Source of the DNA: Acutalibacteraceae bacterium
GTDB taxonomy: Bacteria; Bacillota; Clostridia; Oscillospirales; Acutalibacteraceae
NCBI GenBank assembly: GCA_045638585.1
Contig: JAZUBO010000006.1
Span: 7,907-71,906, forward strand
Reading direction: 5' to 3'
DNA length: 64,000 nucleotides
The translations under genes and the position numbers were made by a program. Of this stretch, positions 46,037 through 55,148 are shown piece after piece. Each line of letters begins with the position of its first letter. Position 1 is the stretch's first letter. The notes under the pieces were generated by a model. It saw nothing but the letters and a program-made list of their open reading frames with translations. It ran no database searches and was not told the DNA's origin.

Positions 46037-47131
46037 TTATACGTTGAATCTGAATAAAACAATGTCTCCGTCTTGCATTACGTATTCTTTACCTTCTGAA
46101 CGAACAAGACCTTTTTCTTTTGCAACTGCCATAGAGCCACATTCCATAAGAACGTCAAAGGAAACAACCTCTGCACGAATAAATCCTCTTTCAAAGTCAG
46201 AGTGGATTTTACCTGCAGCCTGAGGAGCTTTTGTACCCTTTTTAATTGTCCAGGCTCTTACCTCGGGCTGACCTGCGGTAAGGTAGCTCATAAGACCTAA
46301 AAGGTCATAGCTACGTTCAATAAGAAGGTCAAGACCGCCTGTTTCAATTCCTAACTCGGAAAGGAACATTTCTTTTTCTTCCTTGTCAAGCTCTGCAATC
46401 TGCGCTTCAAGCTCTGCGCAGATGGGGAGAACCTGGCTGCCTTCTTCAGCGGCAATAGCCTTAACTGCATTGTAACGTGCATTTGAATCAATCTGTGAAG
46501 AAAAATCCTCTTCGCTCATATTACAAGCATAAATAACGGGCTTTGATGTAAGAAGGTCAACTGTATCAAGAACTTCTTTTTCATCGTCTGTAAGCTCAAC
46601 TGCTCTCGCGCATATACCGTTGTCAAGAGCTTCTCTTACCTTTTCAAGAATTGCAAGCTCAGCTGCAAGAGTTTTATCACCCTTCATAGCCTTTGTTGTT
46701 CTGTCAATTCTTCTCTGAAGAATTTCAGCATCGGAAAGGATAAGCTCAAGGTTAATTGTTTCAATATCTCTCTGAGGATTAACGTCACCGTCAACGTGCA
46801 TGATATCATCGTTGTCAAAGCAACGAACAACGTGAATGATAGCGTCAACCTCGCGGATATGTGAAAGGAATTTGTTACCGAGACCCTCACCCTTTGAAGC
46901 ACCCTTAACAAGACCTGCAATATCAACGAATTCAATTGTTGCGGGTGTAACCTTTACAGGGTTATACATTTCGCAAAGAGCATCAAGTCTTTTATCGGGC
47001 ACAGCAACAACGCCGATGTTAGGCTCAATAGTACAGAATGCATAGTTTGCTGCCTGAGCACCTGCATTTGTAAGAGCGTTAAAAAGTGTACTTTTACCAA
47101 CGTTAGGTAAACCTACGATACCAAGTTTCAT
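46037..47131 (-). CDS. ychF: Ribosome-binding ATPase YchF
   Basis: 364 aa; [39 protein letters not shown]-terminal TGS-like RAWTI..G..A..AAG.IHSDFE.GFI.AE. Confidence 0.93.
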   Translation of the reverse strand: MKLGIVGLPNVGKSTLFNALTNAGAQAANYAFCTIEPNIGVVAVPDKRLDALCEMYNPVKVTPATIEFVDIAGLVKGASKGEGLGNKFLSHIREVDAIIHVVRCFDNDDIMHVDGDVNPQRDIETINLELILSDAEILQRRIDRTTKAMKGDKTLAAELAILEKVREALDNGICARAVELTDDEKEVLDTVDLLTSKPVIYACNMSEEDFSSQIDSNARYNAVKAIAAEEGSQVLPICAELEAQIAELDKEEKEMFLSELGIETGGLDLLIERSYDLLGLMSYLTAGQPEVRAWTIKKGTKAPQAAGKIHSDFERGFIRAEVVSFDVLMECGSMAVAKEKGLVRSEGKEYVMQDGDIVLFRFNV

Positions 47132-47242
47132 AATTTAATAACATCCTTTTTTGAGCATATATACTCATTTTAAATTTCCAACTACATATTTTACCATAAT
47201 ATAATATTTATTTCAATAATTATGTTTATAAATCTTATGCTT

Positions 47243-47272
47243 GTATACATATATTTCTCGCCGTCAATAATA
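47243..47272 (+). promoter_or_regulatory. Possible forespore (sigma-F/sigma-G-type) promoter of gpr
   Basis: GTATA (47243-47247), 17 nt, then CAATAATA (47265-47272). This loosely resembles the G.ATA / CA..TA forespore consensus. In B. subtilis gpr is sigma-F/G dependent. Confidence 0.3.
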
Positions 47273-47288
47273 CTTTTGAGGTGATATT

Positions 47289-48167
47289 TTGAAATTCAGA
47301 ACTGACCTTGCTCTTGAAAGACACGAGATGCTGAAAAATGAGTTGAAGGGTGTGAAATCAACCAAACGTGAAAACGATGAAGCCACGACTACGATAATTG
47401 AAATAACTGACGATATTGCCGCGAAAAAATTAGGCAAAGCAAGAGGTAAATATATTACGCTTGAAATGAACTCTTTTGCAGATGAGCCTGCGGTTTCTGA
47501 CGGTCGTTTAAAAGCATTGATAGAAAGTATAAAAGAACTTCTACCGAAAGGTGACGGTGTAGTGCTTGTCGCAGGGGTAGGTAATGACAGCATAACCTCC
47601 GATGCTTTAGGTCCTATGACCGCTTCAAACATTTTTGCAACCCGTCATATTAGTGATGAGTTGAGAAAACACGCGGGGTTTAATGAAAAATTAAGACCTG
47701 TTGCGGCTGTTTCAACGGGTGTTTTAGGTAAAACGGGTATTGAGTCTTCCGAATATATAAAATCTATATGTGAAAGCGTACATCCTGAGTGTGTGATTAC
47801 AATTGATGCTTTAGCCGCAGGTAGTGTAAAAAGATTAGGTACAACTGTCCAGATGTCTGATACCGGTATAGCTCCCGGCTCGGGAATAGGAAATAACAGA
47901 AAAAGAATAGACGAAGCTTATATCGGTGTACCTGTAATCGCAATAGGAATACCGACTGTGGTTGATGCTCTTTCTTTAGCTGCAGAGCTTTCGGGTGTAA
48001 ATGAAAACGATATAAAATCAACGGAAATAGTTCGAAAAAACGGTTTGATTGTAGCACCCAAGGATATTGACCTTTTGATAAAAAATGCATCGTATCTTCT
48101 TGCACTTGCCATAAATTGTGCGTTACAGCCAACTCTTTCTGTACAAGATTTGTATTCCTTAATGTAA
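47289..48167 (+). CDS. gpr: Germination protease (GPR endopeptidase)
   Basis: 292 aa, TTG start behind GAGGTGA. RTDLALE, GVGN..ITSDALGP, TGIAPGSGIGNNRK and GVPVIAIGIPTVVDA parallel B. subtilis Gpr. Confidence 0.9.
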   Translation: MKFRTDLALERHEMLKNELKGVKSTKRENDEATTTIIEITDDIAAKKLGKARGKYITLEMNSFADEPAVSDGRLKALIESIKELLPKGDGVVLVAGVGNDSITSDALGPMTASNIFATRHISDELRKHAGFNEKLRPVAAVSTGVLGKTGIESSEYIKSICESVHPECVITIDALAAGSVKRLGTTVQMSDTGIAPGSGIGNNRKRIDEAYIGVPVIAIGIPTVVDALSLAAELSGVNENDIKSTEIVRKNGLIVAPKDIDLLIKNASYLLALAINCALQPTLSVQDLYSLM

Positions 48168-48218
48168 CAATCATACTATTTGTATTGCCCTCATAAAATG
48201 CTAACAGAGGGTGATAAT

Positions 48219-49328
48219 TTGAAACGAAAATCAGATTTCTTTGTGAATATGCTATGTGTTGCAGTTTGTGTGAGTCTTGTAACAGCAACAGTCTTTAGTG
48301 CGGATTTTTTTAGCACGGGAATTATTGAGTTGAGCAAAAATATCAGCACCGTTAAAGATGAATTGAACGGTGCTGATATAACTGTGAATTCAAGCCCGTC
48401 ACAACACAAAGAAAACGTTTTCTCACCCTTGGGTTTCGGTGGTGGCGGTTATAAAAGTGAAAATATAACCGATACACCATCGGACGTATTAAAGCTTATG
48501 AAATCTTACGAAAGCCTTTATGAAAGCTTTGAAAAAACAGGGGATATAAAAGAGACGAAAATGGGTGCAACCTCAAAAACTCAAAGCTATTCTTTTGTTA
48601 AAGTTGATAATAAAACAAGTACGAGCATTGATATTAAAAGCCTTTTGGATACAAAGCCTACCTATAACGAAATAACGAAAGAAAAGCCGTATATCCTTGT
48701 TTATCATACCCATACAACCGAGGGCTATGAAATACTTGATAAGGGTTGGTATTCGAATTCGTATAATTCAAGAACAGATGACTCCACACGTAATATGGTG
48801 AGAGTCGGTGAGGAATTGGTAAAAGAACTGGAAAAAGCAGGCTTTAATGTTATTCACGACAAAAATGTTTATGACAGAAGCTATACAGGTGCTTATTCCA
48901 GGTCGTTGGAAAGTGTGAAAAAACACCTTGAAGAAAATCCGTCAATAATGATAACTCTCGATGTGCATCGCGATGCCATTCATTATTCCGACGGCTCAAA
49001 ATGTAAGCCTACTGCAGAAATAAACGGAAAAAAAGCGGCTCAGGTGATGATTATTTCGGGCTGTGAGGGCGGGGGAGTTGAAAATTTTCCCCGTTGGTAT
49101 GAAAATCTTACTTTTTCGGTCAATTTACAAAATACGGTTGAAGAAAGCTATAACGGGCTTATGCGACCGATATTTTTTAGCAACAGAAAATATAATATGA
49201 ACGTTACACCTTGCTCTGTGTTGTTAGAATTCGGTACTGATGCCAATACGCTTGAAGAGGCGGTTTATTCGGCATCTTTGATAGGAGAGTCTTTGGGGAG
49301 AATGTTAAATAAAGCGATAGGAGAATGA
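48219..49328 (+). CDS. spoIIP: Stage II sporulation protein P
   Basis: YILVYHTHTTEGY, then ...HRD...; signal-anchor N-terminus KRKSDFFVNMLCVAVCVSLV. I prefer the TTG at 48219 behind GAGGGTG. The ORF track opens at 48180, and ATG 48198 is another option. Confidence 0.85.
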   Translation: MKRKSDFFVNMLCVAVCVSLVTATVFSADFFSTGIIELSKNISTVKDELNGADITVNSSPSQHKENVFSPLGFGGGGYKSENITDTPSDVLKLMKSYESLYESFEKTGDIKETKMGATSKTQSYSFVKVDNKTSTSIDIKSLLDTKPTYNEITKEKPYILVYHTHTTEGYEILDKGWYSNSYNSRTDDSTRNMVRVGEELVKELEKAGFNVIHDKNVYDRSYTGAYSRSLESVKKHLEENPSIMITLDVHRDAIHYSDGSKCKPTAEINGKKAAQVMIISGCEGGGVENFPRWYENLTFSVNLQNTVEESYNGLMRPIFFSNRKYNMNVTPCSVLLEFGTDANTLEEAVYSASLIGESLGRMLNKAIGE

Positions 49329-49334
49329 CAAAAT

Positions 49335-49514
49335 ATGGAATGCTTCGACAGACTTTTTACTGCATTTTCAGTTACGGTTGTTGTGATTTTGTTTCTTGTT
49401 GCAACCGTGTGTGCTGCAATAACAATAATAGATAAGGGGAATAGCAACCTTTATTCAGCAGAAAAAACTGAAAAACAGTATTTTTCTAACAATTTTTATG
49501 TTACGGAATTGTGA
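49335..49514 (+). CDS. Small (59-aa) single-TM protein downstream of spoIIP, in the position of B. subtilis yqxA
   Basis: MECFDRLFTAFSVTVVVILFLVATVCAAITIIDKGNSN... lies 6 nt after the spoIIP stop. It is below the 60-aa cutoff of the ORF track. The gene order gpr-spoIIP-small membrane ORF mirrors gpr-spoIIP-yqxA. Confidence 0.45.
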   Translation: MECFDRLFTAFSVTVVVILFLVATVCAAITIIDKGNSNLYSAEKTEKQYFSNNFYVTEL

Positions 49515-49637
49515 AAAACGCGAATTTTTTGTAAAAAAATTAAAATTCTATTGAAAAACATATCTGTTTATTGTAAAATATTAGCAAATAAAGCTACTGA
49601 TTGCTATACCAATGATGTCAGTAGTTATATTTAGGAG

Positions 49638-50978
49638 ATGAAACACTTGTCAGTAAAACTTAATACTCGCTATCTTGAGGGCTTTGTTAATGAAAACGAT
49701 GTCCAAAGTATTGCTCCCGAGGTAACGGCGGCGGTTGAACTTCTCAACTCAAGAACAGGTGCCGGAAACGATTTTCTCGGTTGGCTTGATTTACCTGTTG
49801 ATTACGATAAAGAAGAGTTTAATCGCATAAAGATAGCCGCAGAAAAAATTCGTAACGACAGCGATGTGCTTGTTGTTATCGGTATTGGCGGATCTTATCT
49901 CGGTGCTAGAGCAGCTATAGAGTTCTGTAAATCCCAAAACAGAAACTTGCTCGAAAAACCACAGATTATTTTCGCAGGTAACACACTTTCTTCGGCTGCG
50001 CTGGCAGAAGCAGTTGCTCTTTGTGAAGGTAAAGATTTTTCAGTTAACGTAATTTCTAAATCCGGTACTACTACCGAGCCGACTATCGCTTTCCGCGTTT
50101 TCAAGGAGTTGCTTGAAAAGAAATACGGCAAAGCTGAAGCCGCAAAAAGAATTTACGCTACAACGGATAAAGCACGCGGAACTCTTAAAGAGCTTTCCGA
50201 CCGCGAGGGTTACGAAACATTCGTAATTCCCGATGACGTAGGTGGTAGATATTCAGTTCTTACAGCCGTAGGTCTTCTTCCTATTGCTGTTGCAGGAATT
50301 GATATTGATACAATGATGAAGGGTGCAGCTGATGCACGTTCAGCTTTTGCAGACGGTGATGTTTATACAAACGATTGTTATAAATACGCCGCTATGAGAA
50401 ACATACTTTATCGTAAAGGTAAATCAGTTGAAATGATGATTTCATATGAGCCTGATTACACTATGATGAACGAATGGTTCAAACAGCTTTATGGTGAAAG
50501 CGAAGGTAAAAACGGTAAAGGTCTTTACCCCTCATCTGCAGTTTTCTCAACTGACCTTCATTCTCTCGGACAGTATGTTCAAGAGGGCGAAAGGGTAATG
50601 TTTGAAACGGTTGTAACCTTTAATAAGCCTAAAAAAGAGCTTATTATAGGTCTTGACCCCGAAAACGGTGACGGCTTCAATTTTGTTGCAGGTCAGAGTG
50701 TTGACTACGTTAACAAAAAAGCCTTCCTCGGTACAATACTTGCTCATACAGACGGTCAGGTTCCCAATATGGTGCTTGAGCTTGATGAAATGAATGAGTA
50801 CGATTTCGGTTATCTCGTGTATTTCCTTGAAAAAGCTTGTGCAGTTTCAGGTTATATTCTCGGCATTAACCCATTCGACCAACCCGGTGTTGAAAGCTAT
50901 AAGAAAAATATGTTTGCTCTTTTAGGTAAACCCGGTTATGAAGAACACAAGAAAGTTCTTGAAGCAAGACTTTCTTAA
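49638..50978 (+). CDS. pgi: Glucose-6-phosphate isomerase
   Basis: 446 aa; [37 protein letters not shown]. The TTG at 49647, 9 nt after GGAG, is a plausible alternative start. Confidence 0.93.
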   Translation: MKHLSVKLNTRYLEGFVNENDVQSIAPEVTAAVELLNSRTGAGNDFLGWLDLPVDYDKEEFNRIKIAAEKIRNDSDVLVVIGIGGSYLGARAAIEFCKSQNRNLLEKPQIIFAGNTLSSAALAEAVALCEGKDFSVNVISKSGTTTEPTIAFRVFKELLEKKYGKAEAAKRIYATTDKARGTLKELSDREGYETFVIPDDVGGRYSVLTAVGLLPIAVAGIDIDTMMKGAADARSAFADGDVYTNDCYKYAAMRNILYRKGKSVEMMISYEPDYTMMNEWFKQLYGESEGKNGKGLYPSSAVFSTDLHSLGQYVQEGERVMFETVVTFNKPKKELIIGLDPENGDGFNFVAGQSVDYVNKKAFLGTILAHTDGQVPNMVLELDEMNEYDFGYLVYFLEKACAVSGYILGINPFDQPGVESYKKNMFALLGKPGYEEHKKVLEARLS

Positions 50979-51050
50979 GCAAGGCAACTTGCAAATTAAT
51001 TAAGAAATTTCGTCGCAAGGCGAGATAATAAACAACGGAGGTAAATCATT

Positions 51051-51467
51051 ATGGTTTCACTTATTATTGGTAACAAAGGTTCCGGAAAAACAAAAAGACT
51101 TATTGCTATGATCAACGATGCAGTAGCTAAATCTATAGGTACTGTTGTTTGTATAGAAAAATCCCCCTTGCTTACTTACGAAGTAACTCATAAGGCAAGA
51201 CTTATCGAAACAGAAAGATTTGACGTTGAAGGTTGCGATGCTTTCTACGGAATGGTTTGCGGTGTTATCGCTCAGGACCATGATATCACAGAGATTTTTG
51301 TTGACGCAACATTCAAAATCGTTGGCAGAGATTACGATGAATTTGCAAATCTTATCAAGAAGCTTAGCAAAGTATCTGAAGAAAACGAAATCGATATCGT
51401 ATTCACAGTTTCTGAAGATGAAGAGAAACTTCCTGCAGCTCTCTTTGATTACGCAAAGAAAATCTAA
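51051..51467 (+). CDS. Small P-loop NTPase-like protein of unknown function
   Basis: 138 aa; Walker A GNKGSGKT at residues 8-15; Walker-B-like EIFVDAT. Confidence 0.55.
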   Translation: MVSLIIGNKGSGKTKRLIAMINDAVAKSIGTVVCIEKSPLLTYEVTHKARLIETERFDVEGCDAFYGMVCGVIAQDHDITEIFVDATFKIVGRDYDEFANLIKKLSKVSEENEIDIVFTVSEDEEKLPAALFDYAKKI

Positions 51468-51482
51468 TTAAAACAGAAATTT

Positions 51483-51514
51483 AAAAACTCTCTGCAAAAA
51501 GCAGGGAGTTTTTT
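51483..51514 (+). terminator. Intrinsic terminator
   Basis: AAAAACTCTCTGC - AAAAA - GCAGGGAGTTTTTT. Confidence 0.8.
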
Positions 51515-51581
51515 AGTTTTTCTTATTGACAAAACATAATTTAGATAATATAATACTTGGGTATGTTGAGAGGTATAGTAT

Positions 51582-52076
51582 ATGATTATCGAACTTGAAT
51601 CAGTTTTTAATACCGAGGGTCTTAAAGTTCCCTTTGATTATGAGCTTTCACTTTCAGAGCTTGAGGTTTCGGGCTTCAACCCGATTACAAGTCCTGTAAA
51701 GGTTACAGGCTCAGTTGAAAACAAAGCGGGTATCGTTAATCTCAAGGCAAGTGCCGCACTTAGTTACGAGGCTCCTTGTGACCGTTGTGCGGAGGATGTA
51801 ATTTCGCAATTTTCATTCCCTGTTGAGCATACTCTCGTTGTTTCACTTGAAAGTGGTGATAATGACGATTTCCTCGAGGTGCCCAATATGCGACTTAACC
51901 TTGACGAACTTGTTGAAGAAGATGTCATTCTCGCTCTTCCAGGCAAGTACCTTTGTAACAGTGAATGTAAGGGTCTTTGCCCTATATGCGGTAAGAACCT
52001 TAATAAATCCCAATGCGACTGTAAAGCTCCAATCGATCCGCGAATGGAAGCGCTTTTACAGCTTTTGGACGATTAA
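51582..52076 (+). CDS. yceD: YceD-family (DUF177) protein
   Basis: 164 aa. C-terminal Cys cluster C.SECKGLCP.CG.NLN...C.C. Classical position directly upstream of rpmF. Confidence 0.85.
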   Translation: MIIELESVFNTEGLKVPFDYELSLSELEVSGFNPITSPVKVTGSVENKAGIVNLKASAALSYEAPCDRCAEDVISQFSFPVEHTLVVSLESGDNDDFLEVPNMRLNLDELVEEDVILALPGKYLCNSECKGLCPICGKNLNKSQCDCKAPIDPRMEALLQLLDD

Positions 52077-52107
52077 ATTATTGTAAAATATACAGGAGGT
52101 AGTACTC

Positions 52108-52287
52108 ATGGCAGTACCTAAGAGAAGAGTTTCCAAAGCAAGACGTGACAAAAGAAGATCCAACGTTTGGAAAATGGATGCAGCAGCACTTGTTAAGTGC
52201 CCCAAATGCGGCGATTACAAAAGACCGCACAGAGTTTGCACAGCATGTGGCTACTACAACGGCAAGCAGGTTATCGAAGTAGAATAA
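52108..52287 (+). CDS. rpmF: 50S ribosomal protein L32
   Basis: Not in the ORF track because it is 59 aa. MAVPKRRVSKARRDKRRSNVWKMDAAALVKCPKCGDYKRPHRVCTACGYYNGKQVIEVE, behind AGGAGG. Confidence 0.93.
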   Translation: MAVPKRRVSKARRDKRRSNVWKMDAAALVKCPKCGDYKRPHRVCTACGYYNGKQVIEVE

Positions 52288-52314
52288 TCTGTAATAGTTA
52301 TCTTGTTTTTCAAA

Positions 52315-52340
52315 GGGCGGTGGGAGATTTCTCCCCGCCC
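52315..52340 (+). terminator. GC-rich hairpin after rpmF, a probable terminator
   Basis: GGGCGGTGGGAGA-TT-TCTCCCCGCCC. The T-run (ACTTTTT) is ~9 nt downstream, so the call is only moderate. Confidence 0.45.
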
Positions 52341-52391
52341 TATTGGACTTTTTAGTAGTTGAGTAAATAAACATTAAAAGGTGGTGGGAAT

Positions 52392-53705
52392 ATGTCAGTA
52401 AAAGTTGAAAACGTTATTGAGGGCTCTTACGGCTTTAAAGCGGGTATAAGACCAAATGACGAAATTTTGAAAATAAATTCCCACGAAATCTTTGATGTGC
52501 TTGATTACCGTTTTTATATTCAGGCAAAAAAGCTTAATATAGAAATCTTGAGAAACGGTGAAAACGTTACCGCTAATATCCGAAAAAGTGATGAGCTTGC
52601 TGATATTGGTCTTGAATTCCGGACTTATCTTATGGACAAGCAACATTCCTGCAAAAATAAATGTATTTTCTGCTTTGTGGACCAGATGCCAAAGGGTATG
52701 AGAGATACGTTATATTTCAAAGATGACGACTCAAGAATGTCTTTCCTTTTCGGTAATTACATTACTCTCACAGGGCTTTGCGAAAGAGAAGTTCAGCGAA
52801 TAATCGATATGCATATTTCACCCGTAAATATATCAGTTCACACAATGAATCCTCAATTGAGGGTTGAAATGATGAAAAACCGTTTTGCAGGTGAAAGCCT
52901 TAAAATTATTGATAGATTTTCTGGAAATGGTATTAGTATGAATACCCAGCTTGTTCTTTGCCCCGGTGTAAACGACGGTGAAGAATTAAGCTTTTCACTT
53001 AACGAGTTAGCAAAACACTATCCAAGTGTTAAAAGTATAGCGGCAGTTCCCGTTGGAATTACAAAATACCGTGACGGTTTATATCCTTTAAGGCCATATA
53101 CAAAAGAAGAAGCGTTAAAGGTTATTGATATAATTGATGACTTCAATGCGCACTTTTCTTTTTATAATAACGGTGAAATTCTGGCGTATGCTTCAGATGA
53201 ATTTTATTTAATAGCCGAAAGAGAGTTACCATCTGCCGATTATTACGGTGAGTTTTCTCAGCTTGATAACGGTGTTGGCGTGTGTGCCTTGTTAAAAGAT
53301 GAATTTTTAGATGCTCTTGAAAATGAAGAGGCGAAAGAAATCAACAGAAGAATCACTATCGCAACAGGTAGTGCGGCATACGGGCTTATTTGCGAATTAG
53401 CAAATAAGGCAGAAGAGAAATTTAAGAGCTTGAAGATAAAGGTAGTCCAAATAAAAAACGACTTTTTCGGACATACTGTAACTGTTGCAGGGCTTATCAC
53501 CGGTGAAGATTACAAAAATCAGTTGAAGGATATTGGTTTAGGTGACGAGCTTTTAATACCCAGAGTTTCTTTAAGAAACGAGGGCGACAAATTCCTTGAT
53601 GATATAACAGTTGAGGAGTTATCAGAATTTTTGAATGTTAAAGTAACTGCAGTTGAATCAGATGGTGCAGTGCTTTTAGATAAAATGATTAACGGAGGTG
53701 CGTAA
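52392..53705 (+). CDS. PDZ-domain / radical-SAM-like DUF512 protein
   Basis: 437 aa. N-terminal PDZ-like segment, CKNKCIFCF (CX3CX2C). Conserved position immediately upstream of der in Clostridia, from my recollection. Confidence 0.75.
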   Translation: MSVKVENVIEGSYGFKAGIRPNDEILKINSHEIFDVLDYRFYIQAKKLNIEILRNGENVTANIRKSDELADIGLEFRTYLMDKQHSCKNKCIFCFVDQMPKGMRDTLYFKDDDSRMSFLFGNYITLTGLCEREVQRIIDMHISPVNISVHTMNPQLRVEMMKNRFAGESLKIIDRFSGNGISMNTQLVLCPGVNDGEELSFSLNELAKHYPSVKSIAAVPVGITKYRDGLYPLRPYTKEEALKVIDIIDDFNAHFSFYNNGEILAYASDEFYLIAERELPSADYYGEFSQLDNGVGVCALLKDEFLDALENEEAKEINRRITIATGSAAYGLICELANKAEEKFKSLKIKVVQIKNDFFGHTVTVAGLITGEDYKNQLKDIGLGDELLIPRVSLRNEGDKFLDDITVEELSEFLNVKVTAVESDGAVLLDKMINGGA

Positions 53706-53706
53706 T

Positions 53707-55044
53707 ATGGCAAGACCTGTTGTAGCTATTGTAGGTAGACCAAACGTTGGTAAATCTACTCTTTTTAACAAACTTACAGGTACAAGACTTGCAATTGTTG
53801 ACAATAAGCCCGGTGTTACACGTGACAGATTGTTCGGTGACTGTGAGTGGTTGGGTCACAATATGATGCTTGTTGACACAGGCGGTATTGAGCCTTATTC
53901 AAACGATATCATTCTTTCACAAATGCGTCGTCAGGCACAGCTTGCTATTGATAGTGCAAACGTAATTATATTTGTAACTGATGTTCGCGACGGTGTTGTT
54001 GCAACTGATGAAGAGGTTGCCTCAATGCTTATTAAAAGCGGTAAGCCTATAGTTCTTGCTGTTAATAAGTGCGACTCTTTGGGTGGTCCTCCTGCTGAAT
54101 TATATGAGTTCTATAATCTTGGTTTAGGTGACCCCATTCCCGTTTCGTCAGTTCACGGTCACGGTACAGGTGACCTTCTTGACGAGGTTTTAAAGCATCT
54201 TCCTGAAGAATATCTTTCTGAAGAAAATGATGAAGACGAATATATTAAGGTTGCAGTTATAGGTAAACCTAACGTTGGTAAATCTTCACTTGTTAATAAA
54301 ATTATAGGTGAAGACCGTATGATTGTTTCTAATATTGCAGGTACAACAAGAGATGCTACCGACAGCTTTGTTGAAAACGATTACGGTAAATTTATGTTTA
54401 TCGATACCGCAGGCTTAAGACGTAAATCTAAAATCGACGATGCAGTTGAAAAATACAGCGTTTTAAGAACAGATATGGCTGTTGAAAGAGCAGACGTATG
54501 TGTTATTATGATAGACGCTCTCGAGGGCTTTACCGAGCAGGATAGTAAGGTTGCAGGCAGAGCATTAGAGCAGGGGAAGGGCTGTATTATTGCCGTTAAT
54601 AAGTGGGATGCTTATGAAAAAGACGGTAAAACAATGGATTCTTATCGTAAACAGCTTATGAAAGACTTTTCATTTATGTCTTTTGCACCTATTATTTTCA
54701 TTTCTGCAAAAACAGGTCAACGTTTAGAAAGACTTTACGAGCTTATCAAATTCGTTGATACGCAGAACGCAATGAGAATAAAAACGGGTCAGCTTAACGA
54801 AATTCTTGCGGCAGCAACCTTAAGAGTTCAGCCCCCAACAGATAAGGGTAAACGTCTTAAAATTTTCTATATGACTCAGGCTTCTACAAGACCCCCAACG
54901 TTCGTTTGCTTTGTTAACAGTGCGGAGCTCTTCCACTATAGCTATCAAAGATATATTGAAAATCAGATACGTGAGGTTTACGGTCTTGAGGGTACACCCG
55001 TAAGGTTTGTTATCCGTGAGCGTGACGAAAAAAGCAAACACTAA
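53707..55044 (+). CDS. der: Ribosome-biogenesis GTPase Der (EngA)
   Basis: ATG at 53707 behind GGAGGTG. Two G-domains ([12 protein letters not shown]...DTGG...NKCD and GKPNVGKSSLVN...DTAG...NKWD) plus a KH-like C-terminus. Confidence 0.93.
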   Translation: MARPVVAIVGRPNVGKSTLFNKLTGTRLAIVDNKPGVTRDRLFGDCEWLGHNMMLVDTGGIEPYSNDIILSQMRRQAQLAIDSANVIIFVTDVRDGVVATDEEVASMLIKSGKPIVLAVNKCDSLGGPPAELYEFYNLGLGDPIPVSSVHGHGTGDLLDEVLKHLPEEYLSEENDEDEYIKVAVIGKPNVGKSSLVNKIIGEDRMIVSNIAGTTRDATDSFVENDYGKFMFIDTAGLRRKSKIDDAVEKYSVLRTDMAVERADVCVIMIDALEGFTEQDSKVAGRALEQGKGCIIAVNKWDAYEKDGKTMDSYRKQLMKDFSFMSFAPIIFISAKTGQRLERLYELIKFVDTQNAMRIKTGQLNEILAAATLRVQPPTDKGKRLKIFYMTQASTRPPTFVCFVNSAELFHYSYQRYIENQIREVYGLEGTPVRFVIRERDEKSKH

Positions 55045-55064
55045 AAATAAATTGCTTAAACCCA

Positions 55065-55092
55065 TTTACATTTTTATATTAGTTGATATAAT
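55065..55092 (+). promoter_or_regulatory. Possible sigma-A-type promoter upstream of the ABC exporter
   Basis: TTTACA (55065-55070), 16-nt spacer ending in TGA (extended -10), TATAAT (55087-55092). Confidence 0.4.
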
Positions 55093-55095
55093 GAA

Positions 55096-55119
55096 GGCGG
55101 ATAGTGAAAGCTATCCGCC
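55096..55119 (+). terminator. Hairpin with a U-rich tail between der and the ABC gene (der terminator and/or leader attenuator)
   Basis: GGCGGATAG - TGAAAG - CTATCCGCC followed by TATTTCTATT. Confidence 0.5.
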
Positions 55120-55148
55120 TATTTCTATTGTTCAGGGGTGAACAAAAT

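Noticed and set aside
47264-47632. 122-aa ORF antisense to the gpr 5' region, plus 47797-48288 antisense across gpr/spoIIP
   Set aside because: Both overlap confidently identified sporulation genes. Their translations are low-complexity.
52078-52374. 98-aa minus-strand ORF
   Set aside because: It is antisense to rpmF, which is unmistakable on the + strand, and to its terminator.
55104-55148. GTG start at 55104 for the ABC exporter
   Set aside because: That codon lies inside the GGCGGATAG/CTATCCGCC hairpin and has no RBS. The ATG at 55149 follows AGGGGTG at a proper distance.
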